NCBI GenBank assembly: GCA_951406725.2
Contig: OX597816.1
Coordinates: 83,700,001-83,764,000 of the forward strand
From: Octopus vulgaris
Taxonomy: Eukaryota
Direction: 5' to 3'
Length of the DNA stretch: 64,000 bases
The position numbers and the translations under genes were made by a program. How positions within the stretch are numbered: the stretch's first letter is position 1; the number at the start of each line of letters is the position of its first letter. A model generated the notes under the pieces. That model did not search any database, was not told the origin of the DNA, and saw only the letters and a list, made by a program, of their open reading frames with translations. Below are positions 63,854 through 64,000 of this stretch, piece by piece.

Positions 63854-64000
63854 ATGTTTAATTACAAAACTAAATGATGGCTTAAAAGGTCTGTATTAAG
63901 AATAGAAGCGAAACGTCATATTTTAGGTGCACATGATAGTGCTTCGCTCAAATAAATACGAGAACAAAATAATGAAATAAGAGATTACCATAAAATGCAG

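Noticed and set aside
63870-63920. GATGGCTT...AAGCGAAACGTCA hammerhead-like arrangement
   Set aside because: The first conserved box (CUGANGA) is absent.

Overview
AT-rich, extremely microsatellite-dense eukaryotic non-coding DNA. By inference from the repeat families and the 5S sequence it is molluscan, most likely octopus. I cannot support any host protein-coding gene, and almost all six-frame ORFs are translations of (TA)n/(CA)n/(TATC)n/(TAA)n tracts. The interpretable content is transposable elements: a young 5'-truncated Tx1/L1-clade LINE inside (TATC)n plus an older relative; three R4/Dong-type LINE remnants and a non-autonomous element in (TAA)n; two CR1-like LINE 3' remnants; Tc1 and mariner remnants; a hAT MITE; three tRNA-derived SINE families (called A, B and C here); a 5S-rRNA-headed SINE-like chimera; and short (TA)n-associated elements carrying minimal hammerhead-like motifs or fold-back arms. 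Three observations stand out. (1) SINE-B dimers and trimers are joined by a ~65-bp linker that matches the 3' terminus of the Tx1 LINE in this window, and every repeated unit restarts at the same GGTATTT(CG) site in the SINE head, suggesting Tx1-driven self-targeted SINE multimerisation. (2) A 5S head is fused to a stem-loop tail shared, with compensatory changes, by SINE-A and a CR1-like LINE end. (3) There are several Penelope-type minimal hammerhead motifs. All alignments were made by eye, and family names come from motif knowledge, not database searches.
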